64,000 bases of DNA from Eledone cirrhosa (lineage: Eukaryota). The stretch is from positions 107,818,001 through 107,882,000 of the forward strand of contig OZ024740.1 in NCBI GenBank assembly GCA_964016885.1. Reading direction: 5' to 3'. Shown here one piece after another: positions 1 to 13,479 of the stretch (position 1 is its first letter; each line of letters opens with the position of its first letter). A program made the translations under genes and the position numbers. Under the pieces are notes generated by a model that saw only the letters and a program-made list of their open reading frames with translations, had not been told where the DNA came from and made no database searches.

Positions 1-244
1 GTCAGAGCAACAATCATAGCCAGTATACACCCAATGTAAAAACATTGAGGAGATAGGAAAAGATTATCACAAAGTTAATAGGCTACAGATTTTAAATATC
101 ACCATTTTGGCAAATTTAATCAGTTATTGTGAAAATGACAGTAATTCTATGGAGGTTTCCTTGCATACATATATATATAAGAGGGTGTATGTGAGAGAGA
201 AAGAGAAAGAGAGAGAGAGAGAGAGAGAGGGGGGAGAGAGAGAG

Positions 245-287
<43 letters not shown>

Positions 288-556
288 TTATAGTTATCTT
301 TTTAAAAACATCTTTCAGAAAACTTAAGGATATAAACACTGGTTTTAGTAGATAACTTCCGTGATGTTATGGGTGTCAATTCTGTGTAATAGTCATGTGA
401 CATTAACCAGACAGACACAATCCAATGAGCTCAAGGTATGAGACTCTGTGTGAATGTCAGTGTTTTCGACAAATACTTCATGAGCTCTCATCATCTTCAT
501 CATACTTACCCAAATAGGAGAAGACACCAAGATAAAATATTAATACATATATATAA

Positions 557-989
557 GGCGCATGGCTTAGTGGTTAGAGTATTGGGCTTGCAATGGTTGA
601 GAGTTCAATTCTCGGACCGGGTGATGTGTTGTTTCCTTGAGCAAGACACTTCATTTCACATTGCTCCAGTTTATTCAGCTGTAGAAATGAGATGATAGGA
701 CTGGAGTCCCTATCATTCCACTGCAAAGTGGTCATGGAGGTGCCACGACATAAAAGCACCCAGCCCACACAGTAAAGTGGACGTGTAGGCACCATGGAAA
801 AAAAGCACCCAGCACTCACTGTAAATGAGGTTGGTGTTAGGAAGGGCATCCAGCTGTAGAAATCAAGCTAGAATCAGTTCCCGTATGAGCAAGACAAGGT
901 CAGCCGACCGGACACTGCTCACAACAGGACAACCCATCTAACCCATGCCAGCGTGGAAGAACGGACGTAAAACGGTGATGATGATGATA
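557..989 (+). mobile_element. tRNA-derived CORE-type SINE with RTE-derived 3' tail
   Basis: A box TGGCTTAGTGG and B box GAGTTCAATTC; CORE-like CCTTGAGCAAGACACTT; 3' half matches the RTE 3'UTR at 28700-28970; ends in (GAT)n. Confidence 0.85.
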
Positions 990-1126
990 TACATTTATGT
1001 TTAGTGGTTCACCATTGGATAGAACTGGTCATTCCATTTAGATAACCATGATGTAATAGTAGGAAAAGTACTCTACATTATACAACTCATCCATCATTGA
1101 TGTTGAATCCCATGACTGGTACAGGA

Positions 1127-1488
1127 ACAGAGTTAAATATTTATTTGATTAAAACAACAGGAGGCCGGGATATTCTTTTTAAGATTTATTGCTGCAAAAT
1201 ACACTCTTTATATTTCAATGGCCTGGTTACATTCAGAGATGGTCTACTACACCAATTTTTCAGGCCATCTCCAAATCAAATATTTTCTCTATTCTTTGTT
1301 TGAGTTCGCCATAATTCCTTTTATTGATTAACTAAATTATGCAATCCGTACCTGATGATGTCACCAAGTTTACATAAGTAACCAGGCCATTGAAATATAT
1401 ATAGTGATTTTTGCATCAATAAAACTTTGTAAGGATATCCTCAGTCCAGCCTGCTGCTGTTTTAATCAAATATATGTGTTAACTCTGT
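1127..1488. mobile_element. Foldback/MITE-like element with ~100-bp imperfect terminal inverted repeats
   Basis: ACAGAGTTAA..TTTGATTAAAACAACAGG..TATTTCAATGGCCTGGTTAC (1127-1230) is mirrored by GTAACCAGGCCATTGAAATA..CTGTTTTAATCAAA..TTAACTCTGT (1378-1488). Confidence 0.65.
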
Positions 1489-2203
1489 ATTTACTCTGGA
1501 CGATAATGTATTAACTTTTCACTCCATTGAGTGCTTTTTGATTGTTTCAAACAAATCAAATAGTTCATGCTGTACAGCATCTACAACTTCAGTATATATA
1601 AGCAAAATACAGTTCTGTTTGAGAAAGGTATGGCATGGCAAACTGGCCAGACTTGCCTCATAACGTGGACAACCTATCTAACCCATGCAAGCATGGAAAA
1701 ACAAACCTTAATTGATGATGATGAGACATCATCATCATCATCACCATTTTACATCCATTCTTCCACGATAGCATGGGTTAGATGGGTTGTCTTATTGTGG
1801 GCAATACCAGGTCGGATGACCTTGTCTTGCCCATATATATATATCATCATACACACACATATACATTTGCCAATATTAAAAACAAACTTACTCTGACAAT
1901 TTGCCCATCCATTGAGCTGTTTTTCTTGTGGATTGTGCAAATGTTCAGAAACTGAAAGTAAAAAAAGACATTTGTTATGATATTTCTTATGACAGATTTT
2001 ACTTATTATAATGATGAAACAAAGATTATAACAATAACACTTATAGAACATCACAATCTCTGATAATCTTTCATAGTAGCCCTTACATCTATGAGTGGAC
2101 TCTGTTGGTTTCTATCATATGTATTAGTTGTTCAATCAACAGAAACAGTCTACACATGAAATTAAAGTGTAAGTGGTTAAACATTTCACAGACACATGTA
2201 CTC

Positions 2204-2433
2204 TTAACGCTTTAGTATTTAAACTGGCCATATCCGGCCAGAATTGTTTCACTTCTTTCTGTTCAAACCAGCCATAACAAGCTGCTCATAGTTATGTTAA
2301 GGTAGTGTACTCAAAATATATGATATCAAAATGTTGTAGATTCAATATTATGTGAGATTAATAATGTGAGATAAAGTGTTTACCATGAAAATACAATAGC
2401 AAATATAGAGTAATGTAAATACTAAAGGGTTAA
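2204..2433. mobile_element. TTAA-flanked piggyBac-like MITE (family 1) inserted into a SINE-like repeat
   Basis: Termini TTAACGCTTTAG..CTAAAGGGTTAA. The host repeat is uninterrupted near 56290 (CATGTACCCTTAATGTAATTC), which shows a TTAA duplication. Confidence 0.75.
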
Positions 2434-2989
2434 TATAATTCAGTGTGTAACAGGTACATTCCACCTGACGGTGTTCCAAATGGTTCCTGTTTACACTACT
2501 TCACTGACAGAGCTTAGGTTGAGCTAAGGTTTTGGTAAATGACATTTGCCTCAGATGCTTTGCAGTAGGATCAAATCGATTAAAATGATCCGACCTCATT
2601 CGCTTACTGAGTGGGGTTGAACTCATCAAATTGGGCTAAGGAAACAATGTTCCCATTGGTCTTTTCCTTGTTGATACTATCTACTGGTCTCAACTCTTAA
2701 CAGAAAAACAACTTGAAATAAAGTATCTTGCTCAAGGGCATAAAACATCGCTCAGTCTGGGAATCTAGGATTCCTATTTTAGAATCAGGAAATATTTCAG
2801 CTATCATGAGAGAGGGGGGGGGGGGGGTGCTGTGTTTTATACAAGTATATACATATTGATAGATATACACATATATTTTTCCCTTTTTTTATCAATTGAC
2901 CTTTTTACTATTCGATAACTGACTACTTATAAATATACTCTCTTGCCTATGATATAATCAATTATTCCTTCAACAATGCCACATTGTGT

Positions 2990-3445
2990 ATCATATACAC
3001 TATTGCATTGTAACTCATATATCGATGACTTCAACACAGCTATGTTATATGTCATATATTTATGACTCCAACACAGCCATGTTGTGTGTCATATATCTTT
3101 GACTTCAACACTACCATGATGTATGTCATATGTCTATGACCTCAATACAGCTATGTTATATGTCATATATATATGACATCAATACTGTCATGGTGTATGT
3201 CATATATATATGACATCAATACTGTCATGGTGTATGTCAAATATCTATGACTTCAACACAGCTATTTCATGTGTCATATACCTATAATATCAACACTTCC
3301 TTGATGTATGTCATATATACATGACTTCAACACTGTAATATTGTGTTATATTCTATCTATGATTTCAGCTTTAATACTGCTATATAATGTATCTGATTTA
3401 TGACTTAACAATGTCACATTGTGTCACATATTTATGACTTCAACA
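2990..3445. repeat. Degenerate ~38-39-bp minisatellite
   Basis: Repeating unit like TATGACTTCAACACAGCTATGTTATATGTCATATA, about a dozen copies. Confidence 0.8.
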
Positions 3446-4124
3446 TACAGTCATCTTAGCTATATTGAAACAAACAACAAATGTATGTCAATAATAAGTT
3501 GTTGTAAAAGAGAAGAAATATTGACCTTTAAGGTCAGATGTGAAAGGTTAAAAGACTATTAATGTTTACTGCATTAAAAGAATCCACTTGTTATTGAAGA
3601 GCTTTCAATGATAGTAATACTGAACAAGTTATGTCTCCAAAAAACAAAACTATTTAACTCTTTCATTATCATATTCCTAATGAAAGACACTGCCTATAAT
3701 TTTCAAATCATTCTGAAAATAAACAAGCACTTCAAAGAATTTAGTAAAATAACTTTCTCATTATATATCTGGTGTTTGGAATATAACAAAAGTTCTTGCA
3801 TAAAATCATAATAGAAGGTTTTCAGATAAATATAAATATTTCAAATATTAACATCCTGTACCATATGAAACTACATTAGAAAGACATTCTTGGAAAGTAT
3901 AAAATGGTACTATAACTGCATCACATTAAAAATTAGTCATTATTCTAATACTGCAAATTTTCACAGGGATCTGTCTACTACTATAGATACTATAAACATT
4001 TGAATTAACAAATCCATTTAAAAATATTTCCTGAAAAATCATTACAAGGTGTTAAGAGATAAAATAAACTAGGGTAGTGTCAGGCAATTTGATAACAAAA
4101 GGTTTAAATTGTATTTTCATCATT

Positions 4125-4310
4125 CGAGAGTGGGCTGAAAAGTTCATAGGTTGACTATGAAGGAGTAATGCTAGAGCTGTGAAATCTTGCATGCATTAAT
4201 TTCAACTCTTCATTGTTTCTTTCCAAGGACTATATTGAAAAATAAACCCTATTTGGTCATTCCATGAAAGTATCATGGTGACCCTATGAACTGTTCAGCC
4301 AACACTCGTA
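4125..4310. mobile_element. Tc1/mariner-type MITE
   Basis: TIRs CGAGAGTGGGCTGAAAAGTTCATAGG..CCTATGAACTGTTCAGCCAACACTCGTA; related copies at 44695 and 60922. Confidence 0.75.
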
Positions 4311-4659
4311 CCTCATTGATATTTCACCCATCCAATACAATGAGCTGACCCCCCACCAATTTGTGGTGATGATAATGACAATGATGATGATAATTTATAT
4401 TGTACATTTTCTTACCTACTTCCTATCATGTCTGTGAAATGATTCTTTATTGACTCCCAACCATTTTTCCTGTTACACTGAAATAACCCTCCACCCTACA
4501 CACACACACACACATATATACACACACATACTTCCTCATCTCCCAATCATCTTCAAACAGAGAGAATCAAAACAAAAACTCTCATCCACTCAGCTTAAGA
4601 CCATTTGTTGGCACTATCCTCTCTCTGGCTAAGTCACTCACTAACATCAATATGTTACA

Positions 4660-6660
4660 TAGATGTTTCCATAGTTACATAGCTGTTTCTATAGTTGCAT
4701 AATTATCTCCATAGTTACATATACATCTCTATATTTGCATAACTGTCTCTATAGTTGCACAGACGTCTCTCTAGTTACACAACCGTCTCTGTAGTTATAC
4801 AGACGTCTATATAGTTACAGACGTCTCTATAGTTACACAGACGTCTCTGTAGTTACACAGACGTCTCTGTAGTTACACATACGTCTCTGTAGTTACACAG
4901 ACGTCTCTGTAGTTACACAGACGTCTCTGTGGTTACACATACGTCTCTATAGCTACACAGACGTCTCTATAGTTACATAGACGTCTCTCTAGTTACATAG
5001 ACGTCTCTCTAGTTACATAGACGTCTCTATGGTTACACAGATGTCTCTATGGTTACACAGACGTCTCTGTAGTTACACAGACGTCTCTGTAGTTACATAG
5101 ACGTCTCTGTAGTTACATAGACGTCTCTGTAGTTACATAGTCATCTCTCTAGTTACACATACGTCTATCTAGTTACACAGATGTCTCTGTAGTTACACAG
5201 GCGTTTCTGTAGTTACACAGGCGTCTATCTAGTTATACAGATGTCTCTATAGTTACACAGACGTCTATCTAGTTACACATACGTTTCTGTATAGTTACAC
5301 ATACGTTTCTGTATAGTTACACATACGTTTCTGTAGTTACACAGGCGCCTCTGTAGTTACACAGGCGTCTCTGTAGTTACACAGACGTCTCTGTAGTTAC
5401 ACAGACGTCTCTGTAGTTACACAGACGTCTCTGTAGTTACACAGACGTCTCTGTAGTTACACAGACGTCTCTGTAGTTACACAGGCGTCTCTGTAGTTAA
5501 ACAGACGTCTCTGTAGTTACACAGACGTCTCTATGGTTACACAGACGTCTCTGTAGTTAAACAGACACTCTGTAGTTACACAGACCTCTCTATGGTTACA
5601 CAGATGTCTCTGTAGTTACACAGGCGTCTCTGTAGTTACACAGACGTCTCTGTAGTTACACAGACGTCTCTGTAGTTACACAGACGTCTCTATGGTTACA
5701 CAGACGTCTCTGTAGTTAAACAGACACTCTGTAGTTACACAGACCTCTCTATGGTTACACAGACGTCTCTGTGGTTACACAGACGTCTCTATAGCTACAC
5801 AGACGTCTCTATAGTTACATAGACGTCTCTCTAGTTACATAGACGTCTCTATGGTTACACAGACGTCTGTATGGTTACACAGACGTCTCTGTAGTTACAT
5901 AGACGTCTCTCTAGTTACACAGACGTCTCTGTAGTTACACAGAGGTCTATCTAGTTACCCATACGTCTATCTAGTTACACAGACGTCTATCTAGTTACAC
6001 AGATGTCTCTATAGTTACACAGGCGTCTATCTAGTTACATAGACGTCTATCTAGTTACACATACGTCTATCTAGTTACACAGATGTCTCTATAGTTACAC
6101 AGACGTCTCTGTAGTTACACAGGCGTCTATCTAGTTACATAGACGTCTCTATAGTTACACAGACGTCTATCTAGTTACATAGACGTCTCTATAGTTACAC
6201 AGACGTCTATCTAGTTACACATACTTTTCTGTATAGTTACACATACGTTTCTGTAGTTACACATACGTTTCTGTATAGTTACACATACGTTTCTGTAGTT
6301 ACACAGACGCCTCTGTAGTTACACAGACGTCTCTGTAGTTACACAGACGTCTCTATGGTTACACAGACGTCTCTGTAGTTACACAGACGTCTCTGTAGTT
6401 ACACAGACTTCTCTATGGTTAAACAGACGTCTTTGTAGTTACACAGACGTCTCTGTAGTTACACAGACGTCTCTGTAGTTACACAGACGTCTCTATGGTT
6501 ACACAGACGTCTCTGTAGTTACACATACTTCTCTATGGTTAAACAGACGTCTTTGTAGTTACACAGACGTCTCTCGTCTTTGTAGTTACACAGACGTCTC
6601 TGTAGTTGCACAGGCGTCTCTGTAGTTACGTGTTTATATAGTTGCATAACTATGTAGATG
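4660..6660. repeat. 20-bp minisatellite (CTCTGTAGTTACACAGACGT)n, ~2 kb
   Basis: Directly visible 20-bp period, with variant units and degenerate edges. Confidence 0.97.
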
Positions 6661-6770
6661 TCTCTTTATTCGTATAACTATCTTTATAATAGGAGTTAGT
6701 AATATGTCATCTAACTTTCTAAATACTGCAAGGTATGGTAGCTGTTTATTTGGTACATGGGTATAATAAT

Positions 6771-6829
<59 letters not shown>

Positions 6830-6844
6830 GGTCTTTGTACTTAA

Positions 6845-6882
<38 letters not shown>

Positions 6883-8149
6883 TTAAGTACAAAGACCATC
6901 ACTATCACAATGATATATGCTTGGAAAAATGTGGGAGAACACTCTCCAATTTGCAGAACCCCAGGCACATGCTACCTCATGTTCCCAGAAGACAGAATAG
7001 AGAATCTAACTACCCCTGTTGTAACACAGATGTCTAGTTTGTTACTCACTCCAGCACTATGATCCTCTATTTACTTTTCTGGTATCTTAGTTTTAGCTCT
7101 CGGCTACATGCCTTACTGTTGCATGTATCTAACTGATAAGAGTATTATTAATTACACCAGTCGGCCAGTCCTTGGGGACAGATCAGTGACAGTAATCTAG
7201 TTAGTTAAGTAGGTGATAGGCCTTTTACACTAACCTACTCACAGGTTCAACATTTCTGCTAGCAACTCTGTAAGAATTAAACAGCATTAGTGTTTGTTTG
7301 AATAAAAAGTAAAAGATAAAAGGAAAATATTGTATTAAACCGGGAGACACACTTATAATGTTTTCTCGTTTTTTTTTTTCTACAAAGTTATGACTTCTTG
7401 ATATCTGTATTTCTGAAGAAGTAAAATCCTTACAGCTTACAACCAATTATCGAAATAATAACAACAGTAAAAGCTGAAAATGCCTAATGTGTCTTCATAT
7501 CAAGAAAATCTGTCGTGCAAACAGACAGGCAATGTAGTGAAATGTCTCTCATTGGAAAATTAAACTTCATACTAACTTCCTTTTCCGGCAGAACAATAAC
7601 AGTTAGGTTTCCTGTCTGAATACAGGAAAAGATATTGGTACAATTTACTTCAAAGTTTATTAATTACATTCCACATTTCAGTCTTTCAGTAAGTATTCTT
7701 ACATAAACACACAACTATATAAATATATACATGTACATTTATGTGTACACACACACACAGATATATACATACATACAAGTTTATATAACTATGTACACAT
7801 ACTCACACATACATATACAACAAGTAATATATATATGTGTGCGTGTATATATAAATATATATGTGTACACATATATACAGAGAGAGAAAGAGAAAGAGTC
7901 TTACAAACAATATATCTAGATGACATTTCTGGACATATCATAGACAATAGCTGATATCTATATGTGGTTATATGCAGCACAAACAAGCAGACATTGTATA
8001 TTTAAACTTATGTTAAACACTCAGACGAACTGTTACCATTTCAACAGAATTATCGATGGGTCAACGGTAGGAATTAGAAGCATTGATAATTAGACAAATT
8101 ATTCGTCACTAGATTAGTAGTTATCTTTTTCAACGAACACAGAATACTA

Positions 8150-8381
8150 TTAACCCTTTAGCATTTAAATCGGCTGCATCCAGCCAGAATTCTCTCACCT
8201 CTTTTTGTTCAAACTGGCAATAACCGGCTGCTCATGCTTATGTTAAGGTATTGTTCTCAAAATTGAATAATATCAAAATCATGTAGATTCGATATTATGT
8301 GAGATAATTATGTGAAATAAAGTGTTTACTGTAAAAACATAATAGTATATATAGAGAGTAATGTAAATGCTAAAGAGTTAA
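8150..8381. mobile_element. TTAA-flanked piggyBac-like MITE (family 1)
   Basis: TTAACCCTTTAGCATTTA..TAAATGCTAAAGAGTTAA; same internal sequence as copies at 2204, 16099, 46222 and 47264. Confidence 0.8.
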
Positions 8382-10113
8382 AGCAATTTAACTTTTGGTT
8401 TTAACTTGTTACTATCTTTTCTTTCTATATTTTAATGGTTTGACTCACATTGTTAAAGGTCTGAGAATAGTTTACTGTCATGTCTATTACCATACTGAAA
8501 ATACACTATTCTGAGGACACCAAAAACAATTAAATATGCCAGAACTGATTTGGCATCAGACAAAGTGGCAAGAACATCAAATTTGATATTTGCCAATAAT
8601 AATATATTCAAAGACTAGAGTTTGGTAGTTCAAATCTGGCCTAGGTCATTCATAAACAAAAGATTTAAAATTTAATACTATTTATACACTAATATGAAAT
8701 AAAATATATCTTTTAACTCTTTTTATACCAAACTGCCTAAATTTGCCTCTGGCTTTATGAAACAAAACCACCCATTTTTATGGGTGCTTATTTCAATTAA
8801 AATCTTCTAACATAATTTGATATAACAATCATGTTATGTTACAAACATCATCTTAATAATGAAATAACTAATAATTTTAGTAAATCCTTCAACACTTTTC
8901 ATTAATTCAGATGCAGAGTATTTTATTAGAAATATGGTGGTGAAGGCGTTAAAATTAAAGACAAATGATGCAACACATTCATTCAGTAATGACACTGATA
9001 AAAAATGGCAGAAATCCTTGTCTTGTTTTTACGAGATTATATGGAGCTTCACTCATGGGATGTGGGTTTAACCGTTTCATCACACCTTAGTATCGGGGAA
9101 AGTAGCTGAACTAATAAGATAGACATATGAGCTGAATATATTACACCTACAGATGAAGAAAGTGTTCCTTACAATAGAGGGGTACCTGTAAAATGGGAGT
9201 ATTAAGGAAGATATAGAAAGTGGTGGTGCTTCACAGATCAATAGAAGTGGTATACAAAAGGCCTATTAAAGCCATGCCAGCATGGAAAAGTAGGCATTGA
9301 AATGATGGTGGTGGTGGTAGTGGTGCTGCTGTTGTTAATTATAGTGGTGACAATGATGGTGATGATGTTGCTTAACACCAAATCAGCTCTGAACAAAATG
9401 ATGAGAATAATGGTGATGATGATGTGAGCATATAAGAAGTCTTCCTATGACAAAATCTCTAATTTATGGATTTTGAATCATATAACTTAGTGGTTAGGGT
9501 GTTGGAATCATAGGGTCATGGGTTTGATACATGGGCCAGACGGGGCATTGCATTGTGTTCTTAAGCAAGAAACTTCATTTCAAATTGCTTTTCATGATAG
9601 GACTGAGGTCCCTATCATTAAAACACCCAAAAACCTCCACCTCCTATGTGATGAAATCTCATGGGGGGGGGGGGGGGGGGTAAAGCTGCAAAGGTGAGAG
9701 TTATAAATATTATTTTTCATTTCCCTTAATCAGTTTACCAGACTACATAGAGGAAGGAAATGATCCAAACACCTCACCCACACTGTCTTTCACAGAGTAC
9801 ATAACCTCACCTTGCCCCACCCACACACAATGTTCACTGTGGGTAGCTTCTTGACTATAGAAATATAAACACAACACAACATTAACAATCTTGTAATCTA
9901 AGCTGGGTTCTGAAATATAACATCTGAAGGTCACACACTGCCAGGGACCCCACTAAAGTTAGAGAGACTAGACAAGAACACACACATACATATATATATA
10001 CACACATACCATGTACATACATACACGCGCGTGCGCGCGCACGCACACACACACACACACACCCCCACACACTGTCAGGGCTCCCACTATAGTAGGAGAG
10101 ATTAGGCACCCCC

Positions 10114-10152
<39 letters not shown>

Positions 10153-10393
10153 GATTCATGTTTATCTTTCAATCAATTAATTACCTAATTGATTTTATCA
10201 GATGAGACTAGTTCAAGACATGAATCTTGTTTACTCTTCCTAAGTATGTGACCCTTAAACCCCTAACATATTATATCCCACTGCTACCACCAATACCACC
10301 TGCTTGCCCCACCTCAAATTGTTACAACAAACTTAGAAGACATGAGACAGTTTCCCAACCCTCATTCCCTCTCCACCTACTACATGTGTGTGT

Positions 10394-10464
<71 letters not shown>

Positions 10465-11165
10465 AATGTTAGGTTTTTCTTTTAACAACAACAACAATAA
10501 TCCTCCTCTTCACACACATTTATCCCATAATATACAGCTTTTGCTTGCCCCACCTCCCAAAGCGAAACCACCATAAACCACCATTACATCTAAAGAGGTC
10601 AAGATGTAAATGTGACCTACTTTTGGACTTCTCTACTATTTCCTTCTCTTCCCACACTACTATCATCATCATCTTTGTTTTAGTAGCTAATCAGCCAATC
10701 AGCTACAGAAACAAACAAACAAAAATTATCTGCAACCACCTCTTTCTTCCATCTCCCCCTTTCTCTCATTCTTCCGCCAGCTTTAAACTTTATTTCCACC
10801 CACCCTTCACCCATCTCTTTTATCACAATCACACAATTAAAGAAACAGATATTTAAAAATAACTTTGTGTATAAGAAAATCTTTCATTTCCGTACTTTTA
10901 CCATAGACTCAACAATATGGTGAAGCCTCTTGTAAAGTAGAACAAGTTATTTTGTCAAGTATTAATTAGAATTGGTGAATTAGCAGAATCGCTAGAGCAT
11001 TGGATTAAATGCCTAGCTATTTATCCCAGCTCTCTGCACTCGTAGTTCAAATCCCGCTGGAGGCAACTTTGCCTTTAATGCTTTTGTAGGTCAACAAATA
11101 AAGTACCAGTCTAGGGAACAAACATGTCAGCAACCAATATTGTATTGTCCAAAATCTGTGAATGT

Positions 11166-11830
11166 CACCTAGGCTGGCTTGGACTCCTTTCCAGATTTCC
11201 ACAAAGGAGACCAGCCAACCAAAAGGCACCTTGGCTGGCTTGGACTCCTTTCCAGATTTCCACAAAGGAGACCAGCCAACCAAAAGGCACCTAGGCTGGC
11301 TTGGACACCATTCCAGATTTCCACAAAGGAGACCAGCCAACCAAAAGGCACCTTGGCTGGCTTGGACACCATTCCAGATTTCCACAAAGGAGACCAGCCA
11401 ACCAAAAGGCACCTTGGTTGGCTTGGACTCCTTTCCAGATTTCCACAAAGGAGACCAGCCAACCAAAAGGCACCTTGGTTGGCTTGGACACCATTCCAGA
11501 TTTCCACAAAGGAGACCAGCCAACCAAAAGGCACCTTGGTTGGCTTGGACACCATTCCAGATTTCCACAAAGGAGACCAGCCAACCAAAAGGCACCTTGG
11601 TTGGCTTGGACACCATTCCAGATTTCCACAAAGGAGACCAGCCAACCAAAAGGCACCTTGGTTGGCTTGGACACCATTCCAGATTTCCACAAATGAGACC
11701 AGCCAACCAAAAGGCACCTTGGTTGGCTTGGACACCATTCCAGATTTCCACAAAGGAGACCAGCCAACCAAAAGGCACCTAGGCTGGCTTGGACACCATT
11801 CCAGATTTCCACAAATGAGACCAGCCAACA
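11166..11830. repeat. 61-bp tandem array (~11 copies), each unit self-complementary
   Basis: Unit CACCTTGGTTGGCTTGGACACCATTCCAGATTTCCACAAAGGAGACCAGCCAACCAAAAGG, near-identical copies. Confidence 0.97.
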
Positions 11831-12771
11831 AAACTTTGCGCTGGGTTACAGAAGGCAAAAGAAAGTGAAGCGGACCTAAAATATAGTGGTATCAGAACAT
11901 TGTGTAAGATTTACGATTGGTGAACAAGGAATGAAACGATGTACCTGGATAGGAAAGGATGGATTGTCCTGACTGTCACATGTACCTCAATGTGGAGCTC
12001 TTAGGTCTAAGTTAAAGCACTGGAATGGTGAAGGTTTTGTAGTATCTGATCATCTCTGTGCATTCCGAATTCAAATCCGGTTTCCTTCTGCCAGAAACAG
12101 ATAGTATCAGTAATGGAAAGATCTATGGAAACAGTTTCCTAGTTCTGATCTGACAATTGGCTTCTTTCCTAATTAGAAGAAACCAACTAAGTTCTGGTGA
12201 GCAAGTAAACCTATGTAAAACTGTTAATAAACAAAGGCCACATGGGGAATATAGGCATCATTTCAAACTGCTCATTAAGTATTTGAATAAAGATTTCTAC
12301 TTCTACAAGGGCAGTTATTTTGGGGAGGGGAACATTGATTATATCGATCCCATTACTTCACTGGTACTTTATTTTATCAACCCCAGAAGCATGGAAGACA
12401 AAGTTGGGATTTGAACTCGGAATATAAGGAGCCATAACTAAATGCTATACAGCATTTTCTTTGCTAGTCTAATAATTCTGCCAATACACTGCCCTAAGTA
12501 TTTTAGTAATCAGTACTAAGTATGTATGATTTATATATACATATATACAGTTTGATAATCTCAGTTTGATAATCGCCACCAACGAATGCGAGGAAGTTCT
12601 CCAGGAAAGTTAACCAGGAATCTTTAAAAATCTCCCCACCGAAGTTAAAGAACTTACTAGATCTACAAAACTAAATTGTAAAATTATAATATAAAATTAA
12701 ATCAAATTGTTTAGAACTACAAGTGAATTCATTCTTTTCCTTTTTTCAAATATATATATACATATACATAC

Positions 12772-12813
<42 letters not shown>

Positions 12814-12818
<5 letters not shown>

Positions 12819-13443
12819 GAAAGTGAACAACACAAAATATAACTACTCCATTACCAAAGGTTTCTGGATCACAGACGATAATAATATATGTCTGGATTGT
12901 TCGTCAGATAGAGATGTTATAGATAAAAGATATGAAATGAGATTTAAAATCTTAAAAATTAGAAGTGAGGCTGGAAAAATAACGGGAAATATACAAAAGA
13001 AAAGAAGGGTAAGAAAACTAATATAAAAAAATAAAAATATATAGCAATATAGAAGATGTGTACATATATACACTCATACACGCATTCAGATAAAAGGAAA
13101 AAATATGTATATATACATACATGCATATACACATATATATATATATACACAAACATACACATATACATATGCATATATACAGATACACCCACATACACAT
13201 AAAATCATATACAGACATATACAAATACATAAACACACTCACATATATCACATACATATATGTATACACATACACATATATATGTATATATGGCACAGAC
13301 ACACTAGTCTGCAAAAACATACACGAACACACACACATGAATACATATATACATACACACGCAACCACACATATATAAATAAATATATATATATATACAG
13401 ACATACATACACAAATACATATATACACACATACATACATACG

Positions 13444-13479
<36 letters not shown>

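Noticed and set aside
557-630. tRNA gene
   Set aside because: A and B boxes only, continuing into a SINE body; no complete cloverleaf.
1345-1400. CTGATGA..GAAA inside the foldback element
   Set aside because: No supporting helices.
4660-6660. Spacer array or coding repeat
   Set aside because: Plain 20-bp minisatellite with frequent stops.
11166-11830. CRISPR-like array
   Set aside because: No unique spacers, no cas genes, eukaryotic context.
11047-11868. Long ORFs in all six frames
   Set aside because: A consequence of a stop-free 61-bp repeat; no domain or gene context.
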